This document shows positions 51,408 through 64,000 of a DNA stretch of 64,000 nt, one piece after another. The stretch covers positions 96,350,001 through 96,414,000 of the forward strand of contig NC_045697.1 in the NCBI RefSeq assembly GCF_009834535.1, in the 5' to 3' direction. Position 1 is the stretch's first letter. Each line of letters opens with the position of its first letter. The stretch is from Camelus ferus (taxonomy: Eukaryota). The translations under genes were made by a program, and so were the position numbers. Under the pieces are notes generated by a model. The model was not told the origin of the DNA. It did not search any database and saw nothing but the letters and a program-made list of their open reading frames with translations.

Positions 51408-52019
51408 GGAACAAACTTCATGCTATTTGAAGGGACTATGAACAGCTTGTAAATGAACTTCAGCTTGGGGGTTCACTGAGAAGCTAAGACAAGAAGTGTT
51501 ATGTTTGTTTGCAGGACGGCTTCCCTGCCATGGGGGATTAGAAAAGGCTGGGGAAACAGTGGATACAGTAAAGGTAATGATGAGGCTTAGTCTGGTCTTT
51601 GTATTGCCAGAACCTAGCACGTGATTTGAGAAATGCTAATGATTTGAGAAAACAAACTAATAATAGAAAAGCCTTATTTGTATTTTAGATTTGAAAAAAA
51701 CCTATCAAAATATTTTTAAAAATTTAAACTTCAGTAGAAAGAAGAAAACTGAGTGGGACTAAAGCCTTAAAGAGCAAGTACTATAATGAGATTTATTTTT
51801 ATTTCATATACACATGTGCATGTATATATGTGTATATATGCATGTGAGTATGTATGCACACACTTATATGTATAAATGCATATAGCTTACGAAATAATGA
51901 AATTACATACTATCTAAACAGTTTAAAACATATTCTGTTACCATTGTCTTTGAACTCCCAACTGTGCCCCAATCACATCTTACTGCTCTCATCTGTCTAT
52001 TCTGAATAATGTGTGAGTG

Positions 52020-52880
52020 ATTCCCACCTGGTCCTAGCTAGCAAGTCAGTTTTACGTGAAAAAGTAGCAGCTTATTCCTTTGGGGAGACATCCCTCACTA
52101 AACTGCCTGAAGCAAATTCTGTGTTTCAGTGGGCTTTCCCCTAAACATCAGGGCATGGTTAACTAAAAACCTAAATTCTGAACATGTCCACTAGGCTGTT
52201 GTGACTGCTCAGCCTCAGTGCCAGACATGCAGATCCAAAAGGGATGCAGTTGTTCTACTCTGTGGGTGGGATTTCAGGCAATTCTCCTAGCACTGATCTA
52301 TGTTCCCCCTTCTTGATAAATCTGGAGAGAGTTTTACTGACTCTTGAAATGCTGCCAGATAGCCTAACTAGCTACTTGGTCTGCCATTTAGAAAACTAAA
52401 AGTTAATGATTAAAAACATCTTTATTTTGGATCCCATGAAATATGGAGAAAGAATCACAGACACTGATTGAACAGTGTGGGTCACTCATGTAGATGCCTA
52501 CAGCGTGGACCTTTTCTGTGAAGACATCAACTGGAATCAAGATGTGGATGGCACCCATAGGACTCAGATTGCCACCATTGCTGCCTGGATCCATTTGTAA
52601 CAGAAATGGCAACATTTCCGCTATCAGAGACTGGGCCAAAAGTAAAGTGCTCTCGGTTTCAAATGTAGGGGCTACCACTCCTTACCAGTCTCATGATTCC
52701 TGCTGAAGTTGACCTGGGTGTCCTGCAGTGAGGGAAGGCTTCACTGCAAAGTGTGGGCCTTGCCTGGTCCCCTGGCAGACTGACTACCTCAGACCTTCCA
52801 TCATTTTTCTCAGGACTGTCAGCAATGGGTCACTACTGTTGACAACTTTTCTGATTAGAGTCTCGCTGGTCCAGTCTTTG
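52020..52880 (+). pseudogene. ERVL-class pol fragment (RNase H + integrase N-terminus/core)
   Basis: Plus-strand frames read FTDS*, WVTHVDAY, WNQDVD, IATIAAWIH, NGNISAIRDWAKSK..PYQSHDSC, WQTDYLRP, TVDNFS, collinear with ERVL YTDSW / HVNAH / IAQWAH / CPIC / WQVDYIGP / GIDTYS; broken by stops and frameshifts. Confidence 0.8.
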
Positions 52881-53444
52881 ATTAGTCACGTTGACAGGGA
52901 ATATTTCTAAGGATGCTATATGGTAGGTTTTATTTGTGTAAACTTTATCAGATTAATATATTGTCTTCCATTCTAGGTACACTAAGGATAATGTTTAAGG
53001 ATTTTCTCTGAGATAAAAATATAAAGGGGTCCTTAATATTGATCTCTGTTATCAGTTATCCTATTCATCAGTTTGTAGAAAGTACAAACAGGGACCTTGT
53101 ATACAAACAAGAAACATGTATAGTTTACATATATTAAAAATACTGCATTAACTTTTCATCTGTAATTTTATTTTTGCCTTTACTTCTATTCTATATAAGC
53201 AGCAGGCCATATTTCAAGTGCTTTATCCCTCTAGTTGGAAGAAAGCTCACTTGTTTTGGAGTGCTCATGCTTTTTCATTTCAACACCAGCTCAGGAAAGT
53301 GCTCCTTTGTACTAATGTGAACCAACAAATAGCAATACTCTGTTGTGTTTGATTTTACAAGGCATGAAATTGAGACTCAAAATCCTGATTTTGACTGCCA
53401 CTGACCTGTGGTCTTAAAAGCGGCCTCAGATGGAATTATTTCCT

Positions 53445-53982
53445 TCTATAACAGCTATCTATTGCTAAAATAATGATGCAAATCAAACAAGCATTAAGTG
53501 TTAGTGATGTACAACAACAAACAGTTATTTAGCTCATGAGTCAGTTATGATTCATTAGTTCTGGGCTGGGCTTATCTGATCTGATCTGTCTTTTCCCGTA
53601 TTTCTATCATCAACAGTAGTTCAGTATGGCAGGCCTGCTGACATTAACCAGATCAGCTCACATAACTGACTCTTGATTGACATATGATGACTTCACCTGA
53701 AATGACTGGGGCAATCCAGTTTTATTCCACATGTTTTCATCTTCCACCAAGTTAACTCACACATGTTATCACAGAAAAGGTAGAGGGCATGAATGAAAGC
53801 GAATCCAACCACAGAAGTAATTTTTAAGCCTTGTTTGTGTAAAAAGTTGCTAATACCCTATTGACCAAAGCAAACTGCACACCTAAAACTGTAGTTAAAA
53901 TTGTAGACACTACAAAATTACACTGCAAAAAATGCAAATAAGGTGGTGAAGTATTGGAATCATTCTGAATTCCATCACACCA
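53445..53982 (-). mobile_element. MLT1H-like MaLR LTR
   Basis: ctattgctaaaataatgatgc...ttgctaataccctattgaccaaagcaa. Confidence 0.7.
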
Positions 53983-54299
53983 TCTATCCTAGATAATTAT
54001 ATGTTCTCAAGTATCAGTATTTTAAACTAATTGACTAACTAAGTATGTATTTATTTGCTCATTCACTCCATAAGCATTGAACACCTAGCCTGCACTAGAC
54101 ATCTTTCCAGGAACTATATATACATAAAGCAACAAACAAAAGATTTAAAACATCATCATAGTACATAAATTTTATTAGAGTTTTCATAGACAATAAACAG
54201 GTAAAAAGCTAACATTACGATTTTGGTAAATGTGCTAGGAGCAAAATAAAATAGAACGAAAAAATTATGGGGGGAATTGCAATTTAAATAGTGCCAGCA

Positions 54300-55445
54300 T
54301 TTTATTTTTCCAATTTTATTGAGATATAATTGCCATACAGCACTGTATAGGTCTGAGGTGTACAACATAGTGATTTGACTTATAAACATCATGAAATGAT
54401 TATCATGACAAGTTTAGTTAACATCCATCATTTCATACAGATACAATATTAAAGAAAAAGAAAACAAATTTCCTTGTGTTGAGAACTCAGGATTTACTCT
54501 CTTAACTTTCATGTACAATATACAGCAATGTTAATTATATTTATCATGTTGTGCATTATACATCCTAGTACTTATTTATCTTGTAATTGGTAGTTTTTAC
54601 CTTTTGACTACCTTCATCTAACTCCCCTTCCCCATACCTCCTCACTTGTAGTAATCACAAATCTGATCTGTTTTTTATGAGTTTGGTTGGTTTTGAAGTA
54701 TAATTGACCTGCAACACTGTGTTAGTCCCTGTTACACAGCATAGTGATTCCATATTTCTATACATTTTTAAATGACTTCCATGATAAGTCTAGTTAAAAT
54801 CTATCACCATAATAAGGTATAACATAGTTATTGACTATATTCGCCACAGTGCACATTTCATACCCATGGCTCATTTATTTTGCAACCAGAAGTTTATACC
54901 TCTTAATCTTCCTCACCTATTTCTTTCCTCCCCCCACCTTCCTCTCCTCTGGTGACTACCTGTTGGTTCTCTGTATCTATAAGTTTATTACTATTTTATG
55001 TTTGTTCATTTGTTTTGTTTTTTTTTTGTAGGTTCTACATATAAGTGAAACTATGCAATATTTGTCTGTCCCTATCTGGCTTATTTCACTTAGCATAATA
55101 CCCTCTGTGTCCATCCAGGTTGTCTCGAATGGCATGATTTTACTATTTTTATGGCTGAGTAATATTCCATTATATATATATATGTGTGTGTGTGTGTGTC
55201 TGTATCTGTGTATGTATATACACATCAAGTGTTTATTCATCCATCTATTGATGGAAATTTAAATTGCCTTCCATATCTTGGCTATTGTAGATAATGTTGC
55301 AATGAACATAGGGGAACATATTTTTTTCATTAGTGTTTTTGTTTTCTTTGGTTAAATAACCAGGAGTGGAATTGCTGATTTATATGGTAGTTCTATTTTT
55401 ATTTTTTTAAGGAATCTCCAGACTGTTTTCCATAGTGGCTGAATT
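54300..55445 (-). mobile_element. L1MA9-like (laurasiatherian) 3' end
   Basis: ttttattgagatataattg...; minus-strand ORF IMPFETTWMDTEGIMLSEISQ. Confidence 0.8.
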
Positions 55446-55763
55446 TATTTAAGAAAGGTCTATACAAAATGAGGAAATGAAGATTGTAATGGGAAGAATG
55501 AAAATGTCATTTACAGAAATGGGAAAGATTTGAAAAGGAGGTTGATCTTTCTTCTAGTTGGCCATGGTTTTCTGATTTCAAACTCTCATAATGCCAAGGA
55601 ACAGGAAATCTTATATATTGCATTTAGGCATACATATTTGGAGAATCACTTTGGAAAATATTTTGGCATTGTCTAACAAAGCCAGAGTTGTTCATAACCT
55701 ACAATCCACTAAGTCCATTTCTACATTAATCCAATGAAATATCTTGTATATATGTCCTAGGAA

Positions 55764-55940
55764 CAGGGCCAGCTTCATGGGTGTACAACATGTGTAGTCA
55801 CATTGTTCCCTGTGCTTAGAGGGGCTCCACATGTTATTTTAATGCCTTTCTATCAACGTCTTATAACTCTTAATAGTTTTGGACAAGAGGCCCTGCATTT
55901 TCATTTTGCAATGGGCCCCCTAAATTAGACAGTTAGCCCT
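55764..55940 (+). mobile_element. MER45A (hAT-Tip100 MITE)
   Basis: cagggccagcttcatggg...cattttcattttgcaatgggccc; flanks cctaggaa/cctaggag. Confidence 0.85.
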
Positions 55941-57159
55941 AGGAGACATGTACAAGAAATGCACAGAAACACTGCGTATAGTAGTAAAATTCTCTGAACA
56001 ACCCAGATGTCTATAATTGTAAAATTAATTTTGACATGAATTTTTACATTTTCTCTCTGTCATTTTTACACATGAGAGAGAGAAAGACAGAAACTGAGAT
56101 AGAGACACACAACACAAAACACACACACACGTGCAGCTTCATTTAGCCAATGAGTCGTCAGGTGATGTGACACTAGGCACTTCAATTGCTTGAAGGATGT
56201 TTGTGTAGTAGTTTTCTCTCTTGCACTTCAGACTTATCCATAGAAGTACATATATTTGGAAGCTTACTAGTTCTAGAAAAATAAGAATCAGATGTTGTCC
56301 CAGCCAAAATTCAGTCCAGCCGACTGCAACATGGATACCCGAAAGACTTATAGGGAAAAGGAAAGAAAAGAAATGAAAAAAAAGGGGGGGGGGGGTGACC
56401 TTAAGCCAAAGCAGAAAAGTAGAGTATCTCCTAGAACCCTTCAATCCAATTTGCCTGTCTGCCCATTCATGCCTCCCAATGCTCCCCTTCCCTGCTGGGC
56501 CAAGCTCCATCACCAGTTAACTATATCCTAACATTTTATACTGATATCCTAACACTTTATACTGATATACTAATGTTTCAACAGTAAAATCATAGAGCAC
56601 TTTGTCTCCTAAGTAACTTACATGATTTTTGAAAAGCAAGCTCTAGTGTCCAAAGCTTCTATGAATAGGAGTGAACAGTGGTGATTCCTCCCCAATAAAA
56701 TGTTGCTAAGTGATTTGGCAATCAGAGTTCTGCTATTTAACATGAATATTATTCTGTAATTTTCATTTTCTTTAAAATACAGCTTCCATTTCTCTGAACT
56801 GAGTACAGTAAAACTCTCTTCATAGGTTTTTTTTTCTAAGAACTGACCAAGACAATGAGAGTTTATTTCCTTGAAAAATCTAAGGAAATACATATACAAA
56901 CATAGTATCTGTAGGATTTTTATGGCTGTAGATATACATGTAGATTATATGTGTGAGATATAAGCATGTGGAATACAAGAGCATGATGTGGGAATGAGGA
57001 TTTCACCATGGATTTATAGATATATAGACATATATATATCATGATAGACAAAAGATATAAGCACAGAAATGCATATAAATACTTTGGGGTATCCTGAAAT
57101 TTTTTTGGTCATCATTCTAGAAGTCATTTGGAGAAATATAAGGTTAAAGAAATCAGTTA

Positions 57160-57632
57160 ATACTACTCAGCCATTAAAAAAAAGAATAAAATAATGCCAT
57201 ATGCACCAACATGGATGGACCTGGAGATGGTCATTGTAAGTGAAGTAAGCCAGAAAGAGAAAGAAAAATACCATATGATATCACTCATATGCAGAATCTA
57301 AAAATGATGTCGTAAGTGAACTTATTTACAAAACAGAAACAGACTCGCAGACATAGAAGATAAACTTATGGTTACCAGGGGGAAAACAGGCAGGGGGAGG
57401 AATAAACTGGGAGTTTGGGATTTACAGATACTAACTACTATATATAAAATAGATAAACAAGGTCCTACTGTATAGCACAGGGGACTATATTCAGTATCTT
57501 ATAATGAAAGGCGATAATGAAAAAGAATATGAAAAGAAACATATATATGTATATGTATAAGTGAATCACTATGCTGTACACCAGAAATTAACACAACATT
57601 GTAAACCGACTATACTTCAATTAAAAAAAAAA
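57160..57632 (+). mobile_element. Cetartiodactyl/camelid L1 3' end
   Basis: caacatggatggacctggagatgg...gactatacttcaattaaaaaaaaa. Confidence 0.9.
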
Positions 57633-59540
57633 TCTTAGAACAGGAAAAAAAAAGTAATATATAAAAGATAAAATGGAGATAAGATTTAGATATAATATGT
57701 TTGGGGTAGTATGAAAATAATGTCTCTGTCTTATGAAAATATATCATGGAGATCACATCCTCTCCTTTTTGTCCAGTTATCTATTCCAAAACCAGGGAAT
57801 AGACGTGTTGCCACCTCAATCAACACCTTAGCACAACAGTAGCTGTTTAGTGCTTTTATCTTCACTTCCCTTGTAAACACCTGCTAGTACCGTAGGAAGA
57901 GTTCTGCTTTAGAGAATTCATTCACCTTACAAATTAGTGTTATTTTGAGGGAAAAATCGGTAATCAGCAGACATTCAGCACTTAAAAATGTAAAGGCCAA
58001 AACAAAAACAGCAAAACAAACCAGAATAAAGAAGCAAGCAAAAACGACTTCTCTAGCTTTTTGTTCTAAGTGCCAATATTATTAATTTGCACTTAGTATC
58101 GTCCCCCCCCACCCCCCCGATTATTCCAACTTAAACATAGTCTAGTCTATTTTCCTGATACTGGCCTTCAGCAGAAAAATCTTGCCAATGCATTCCCATC
58201 TGCAGGTACATATGCTTTAAGACTTCTTTCTTTCAGGCGACAGAAGGTTAATAAATGCTGCTAGAAAAAAAATATGCCTTAATTTTCTTTCATTTTTATG
58301 GAAGACAGGCAGATGAATACCTAAAGGAAGAGCTCTACCTGCAGGCATGAGTATGCTTTAAGAGAAAAATCTCTTAAGTTTTGCAAGATGCTTTTAGAAG
58401 GAATTCTTTACTGTGTTAGCTAATTACAACCCTGCTCTGAAAAAAATGTTTACTTTGAATATTCTTGGAGTTTTTCCAATTTCTTTGCTATATTCCAGTC
58501 TGTTTGCTTATACTTTCAGGAGATAAGAGAAGTAAATGCAACATATTTAAAAAAATCTTATTCTAAGATTTTATTAAAAACACTTTACTTGCCCTTGGTT
58601 TAAAATCTTGATTGATGGTTGGTATAAATATGAGTTTTTTTAGTCTCAGTGCAATTTGTTCAAAATAATGATTGAATAAAAAGTAACTATATGGTATTTA
58701 CGTCAGAAATTTTTTTTAAACTTGTTATTGAGGAAGTGAATATTTATACTAAGAATAGCATAGCTTATTTTGACTCTTTTATGGAAAAATCACAGAAATC
58801 ACAATAGTCTCATCATTAGTCCAAAATATTATTATTATTGATACTCTTGTTATTGAACAATTCAAACTGATATAAAATAATGGAGAGTTTGGAGGTAGGC
58901 CAAAACATGTATTTACATTTAAAAATTATAATTGTATTTTGATTCGTCAATTAACTTAGAGACAAATCTAAAATTATACATTATAAGTATTTCATTACTA
59001 ATAAATATTATGATTCCATTCAGCCTTAGAACATAACTGTGATCCACATTCTCTGAATCCTAATCTCAGATTGATTTACAATGGATAAAAATGTACAGAT
59101 TGATTTACAATGAATTAAAATATATAAATATTTTACTTATTTTTTTACTCAAATCCAACTCCCATTTTGGCCTCTTAAATTGGTTTGATTTTTCATTTGT
59201 AATTCAACATTCAAAAAAAAAAGCAATTTGTATCAAGAGTCAAAACATTCTAATACTCTCTGAGTGCATTATTTTTTACTTAGAATGTCATTGCAATCTT
59301 CAAAAGTAATGATTTTGAGTATTTTATAATTAATTAACATGTTTAGTAGTGTTGTCAGCCTCAGAGTCAGGGAACTTAACTAGCTCAGAAAGAACAACCC
59401 ATCATTAGCGTATGCCCTTGGGGAAATTATTTCCTCTTACTGTTGAATCAAACTGTTAATATATGTTGAGGTTTTTTCATCTATAATACCCCAGTGACAT
59501 TACGAGCATTTCAGCAGTGGCTAGGGCCCACAAAGTGTGA

Positions 59541-59891
59541 TATGTCTTATTACATTTGGGCTGCTATAGCAAAATACTGCAACTGGATGACTTGCAAGCT
59601 ATAGAAATGTATTGCTCACAGTTCTGGAAGCTAGAAGTTGGAGATCAAGATACCAGCATGACTGAGTGAAGATCACAGATTTCTGGGTCCCAGATTTCTC
59701 ACAGTCTCTTCACATGGCAGAAAGGGTTAGGGATCTCTGCAGCCTCTTTTATAAGGCACTAATGGCATTCATCAGTGTTCCACCCTTATGACTTAAGCAT
59801 CTCCCAAAAGCCCCACATTCCAATGTTACCTTGGAAGTTTATGATTTCAACATAAGAATTTTGGTGGGACACAAACATTCAGACCATAGGA
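59541..59891 (-). mobile_element. MLT1A0-like MaLR LTR
   Basis: tttgggctgctatagcaaaatac...ggacacaaacattcagaccatag. Confidence 0.85.
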
Positions 59892-61084
59892 ATGGTATAA
59901 ATTACAGGAGTAAGAGCATGAAAAATCCTGAAGTTTGAAGGAATCACTAACATCTCTAACCAACTTTGTACTAAGTGACCTTGAAGTAAAATACCTTTCA
60001 ATAAGTCTATCAGAATACTAATGTTAAATTCTAAACATTATTGAGGTTTTTTTTTTTTAAGTGCAGATTAGATGAAATGCACTGGATAATATAAGTACTT
60101 GTTTATTTATGTATGGAAATAGGAGACACCAGATAAGGAAACCCTGAACATATGCTACCTGGATGGAGAAACGAGGATCTCCCCACCACCCCAGGGATGG
60201 AGATATATGAATGGGAGGGAATGAAATTAGTTTGAGATTCTTACATTTTCTATTCTACTTACCTTCTTTGGCCAGAAAATTGTAAAACCTCTTTTCCATT
60301 ATGCTGGCCTTTCTGGGTAAATATCCTTTCTTATTCCACTTCAGGACAACTCCCATATTCACTGAGCTCCAAAATATCAACCTCCTAGATTTTTTAACTA
60401 GACAACAGAGGAAAGGCTACTGTCATCATTCATGTTAACTTATAAATATTCTTAGAATTAATTTGATATGTTGAAAAAATACAAAATCTATATGCTGAAG
60501 AAAGAGAGATAACATTTTCAATCCCCCCTACAAAAATACCATCTATTAGGGAGGATGTGGAAAAAAACATGTAAATAATGTTTCCAATAAAGATGGTGCA
60601 GAAAAAATATATACTCTTCAGAAGGTCTCATTTAAATTATAGATACGTAAGCACAAATATAACACAAAGTTCAACAGATCTGGGCCCACATAACTTTTTT
60701 TTTTTCACTCAACTCCTCAGGTGATTCTTTTTCAGTTATCATGATTATAATCTTCCAAAAACATTTAGAAACTAGTGCTCTACATCGTTTGCAAAGTGAT
60801 TTTAAACAAGGGCACTTGAATTTTGTCACTGCACTTCTAGAGACTCTTCAGTGGCTCCCCATGGCCTCTGGAATAATATAAAATCTACATGGTATGACTT
60901 TCTTGTGTTTTAATGAAGGTCCGGAGTATGTACTTACTTTCCTGAGTTGACACACCATCTTAAGACCACAGCTTTAATCATCTTAGACTACTTTCTTCTT
61001 TCTCAAATGTATTGTGTTACCTCCATCTCCATAAATTAATGAACAGTTTGTGCTCAAAGGAACTATCAAAGTAGTGTTATAGAT

Positions 61085-63330
61085 TCCCAGTTTCCAGTCA
61101 GACATGTAGAGAGCATGGAAGACATCACTCCAGTCCTCACAGCGAGAAAAAAGCTGAAAAAACTGAAAATAAGTAACTCTTCCTAGATCCATCAGAGAAT
61201 TGTGGTCACAGGGCAAACTTATTGCCCTAAAAGCTGGAGACAAACTGTTTTTACAGGAAATTACAGCTTAACTGGAGCAGAAGACCAGAAGTGGAAGCCC
61301 ACAGTTAAAATTGGTATCAAACAAAGTACAAAAGAAAATCAATGTTAAAGGCACACTTTTTAATTGACTAATTGTTGGAAGTTCAGAGTGAACTAATTTT
61401 AGAGAGAAAAACTCCAAGGAAGCCCATTCTTAGGGGAGCTTGCACACTTTCATTAGTTTTCCCTGCAGGATCCCTACCTGGTTTTTATTGTGAAGACTGG
61501 AGAAAAATGCCTTCATACTTCCAGCAGAGGGAGGGGAAAAGGAACTATTTTAAAATACCCAGATCTCGCTGTTCTTTTTCATAAGACTTTCCCTCAAGAG
61601 GAACTATTTTACCAGAGCCTAATCAGCTGGGATTTTAACAATAACTGACATAGGGAATACCCAATGCAGGCTCACTAAGAGACTGAGTCCTATTCACAGG
61701 ATTCTAGAGAATGCTTCCCATCCCTCCCCTATACCTCACCACCATGTTGTAAGGCTATTAAGGTATATAAAGGCTGTAAAGGTATAATAAAAAGAATGAC
61801 ACCTAAAGGAACTTCAAGCCTCAAATCCTTAAATATAAGTCCTTAAATAAAAAGAGTACTTAAGGACAATGGTGGGGCAGGGGGTCGACAAGGACACTGA
61901 AGAAATTTTAGTGTTTGACCTCATAGCTATAGAAAACAGTAACCACAGTCTTATTCCTAGCCAGATATAACCTCACCTTAAAGGCCTATCTAGTTCATTA
62001 TTTTTAACCTGATACATGTCTGGCTTTCAACAAAAAATTATAAGGCATTCTAAAAGGCAGTAATCAAAATCTGAGGAGATAAACCAAACATCAGAACCAG
62101 ACTCGGATATGACAGAAATTTTGGAATTATCAGACCAAGAAATTAAAATAACTATTGATGAATATTCTAAGGGCTCTAATGGATTAAGTGGATAGTATGC
62201 AAAAATTGATGGGTAAACTAAGCCGAGGGATGGGAATGTGAAAAGGAAATACTAGAAATCAAAACCTCTGTAATAGAAATGAAGAATGTCTTTGTTGGGT
62301 TCATCAGTACATGGAACATGGTGGGGAAAAAATGAATCAGTGAGCTTTAAGATATGTTAGTAGAAACTTCCAAAACAAAAATGCAAAGAGAAAAAGTACT
62401 GAAAAAACATAATTTAATATCCAAGAACTGTGGGAAAATTATTTTAAAAAACAGTACAATATGGGAGATGAGATACCAGAAAGAGAAGAGAGAGAGACAG
62501 AAACAAAATAGACACCAACCCATAGAATTAGAGAGCACCAAGCAGCATAGCTACCAGAACACTACAGCTAGGCGTATTGTATTTAAACATAGCTTGGCAA
62601 AAAATAAAAGACAGAGAAAATACTGAAAAAATAAAATACCTTTCCAATAGAGGAACAAGGAGAATTACATCAGACTTTTCTTCAGAAAACATGCAAGCAA
62701 GAAGTGAGCACAAGAGCAAATGAAATATCTAAAGAATTTAAAAAAAAAACCCTGCCAATCTAGAATTCTGTTTCCAGCAACATTATCCTCCAAAACTGAA
62801 GAAGTAAAGACTACTTCAGATAGGAAAAAATTGAGAGAATTGTTACCAAGAGACCTTGCAAGAACTCTTAAAAGTTCTACAGAGAGAAGGAAAATGATAA
62901 AGTTCTGAAATTCAGGTCTACATCAAGAAGGAAGAGCTTTAGACAAGAAGAAATAAAGGTAAAATAAAATGTTTTTCTGGAAATTAAGCTAAGAGATAGC
63001 ATTGTTCAAAAATGATAATAGCAACAATAAATTTGGTGACTATTGCTTATAGGTTATGGATAAGTGGAATGAATAACAGCAAAATTGTAAGGGGAGGAAG
63101 GGATGAATTTGAAATACTCTGTTATAAGGCACTTGTGCTACTTGCAAAGTGGCATCATGTTATTTGAAAGTGAACTTGGATTAGTCAAAAAAGTATATTG
63201 CAAATCTTAGGGAAATCATGAATTTTTCTTAAAATGAAGTAGAATAGATAAGAGAAGAGGAAAAGTGAAACCATATGGAATGCTCAGTTAAAATCAAAAA
63301 GAACAAAGAAGAATAGAGGCAGTGAATAGA
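61085..63330 (+). mobile_element. Old L1 (L1MC/MD-type) 5' UTR + ORF1 + inter-ORF remnant
   Basis: 5' motif ctcttcctagatccatcagagaattgtggtcacagggcaaac; ORF1 remnants (CQSRILFPATLS; attacatcagacttttcttcagaaaacatgcaagc). Confidence 0.75.
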
Positions 63331-64000
63331 AAATAAAGTATATATTTGTCTTTCCTCTATTGACAGAGTAAAAGGATCAGATTTCACGAGTTGTCAGGGA
63401 GGGAAGAAGTCCATCATAATAGTACCCCATTCCCTCTATTAAATGTATATTCATGACTATTTTGTAGCTACCATTATAGGAAAGATTTCTGATGCAATTG
63501 CAAGTTATCTTAATTAACATGGAGGAGAACATTTTGTGAATAATAGTTAAGTTTAGGTACCATTCATGAATTCTTGACTGGCAGCTCTGAGAAACAAAGA
63601 GGCAAATACATTTATCACACATTGTCAAGTTAGGAAAAAATTTACCTCTATAAATTTTACAAAAACTATATATACCTTTACAAAAAATATATAACAGAAT
63701 AAGGATCTATCTCTCGAACTTTCTTTTCTATCTCAGTTTCTCTTGCTAAAAAGAAAGTCATAAAACTATCAAAAACTAACAGTTTACTTTAATTATCTTG
63801 ATTTTTTTTTCTGTTTTGGATTGGTTTATATGAGGGGAAAACGTGTTATTGACCATGGTTTTATTTAACTACAAACAAAACCTTATTTTGGAATATAACT
63901 ACTGGCATATTTCTCTATAAGAAATTCAAATACACAGAGAAGCTTACATTTTTTTCCTGTTTGAGAAACACAGCTTATTAATGTTCCAACAATATTCTAC

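Noticed and set aside
52403..52678. Minus-strand ORF with an integrase-looking HILIPVDVFTEKVHAV
   Set aside because: It is antisense to a collinear multi-motif ERVL pol on the plus strand, so the resemblance is coincidental.
56521..56572. Short tandem microduplications (21 bp here; others near 657, 1757, 1935, 34152, 48580, 59068)
   Set aside because: Ordinary slippage duplications with no shared motif.

Overview
This is an AT-rich, repeat-dense stretch of mammalian intergenic or deep-intronic DNA. The young L1 3' UTRs look camelid (Camelus/Vicugna); that is an inference from recalled family consensus sequences. I found no host protein-coding exon, RNA gene or CRISPR array, and the listed ORFs are either chance or transposon debris. 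The main elements are: a two-LTR non-coding ERV1-class provirus (9233-14685, minus strand, 4-bp TSD) with a nested young L1; several solo LTRs; a complete LTR-int-LTR MLT1; a near-full-length Tigger1; many L1/L2/MIR fragments; an ERVL RNaseH-integrase fossil; and a perfect 38-bp triplication. The most striking signal is a ~1.1-kb L1 insertion (38419-39498) with dense, strand-biased A-to-G changes on its RNA-sense strand that avoid 5'-G contexts. It looks like an ADAR A-to-I hyper-edited L1 RNA that was reverse-transcribed and fixed in the germline; GC-biased gene conversion is the main alternative. Family names were assigned by eye from remembered consensus sequences, and the boundaries of old elements are approximate.
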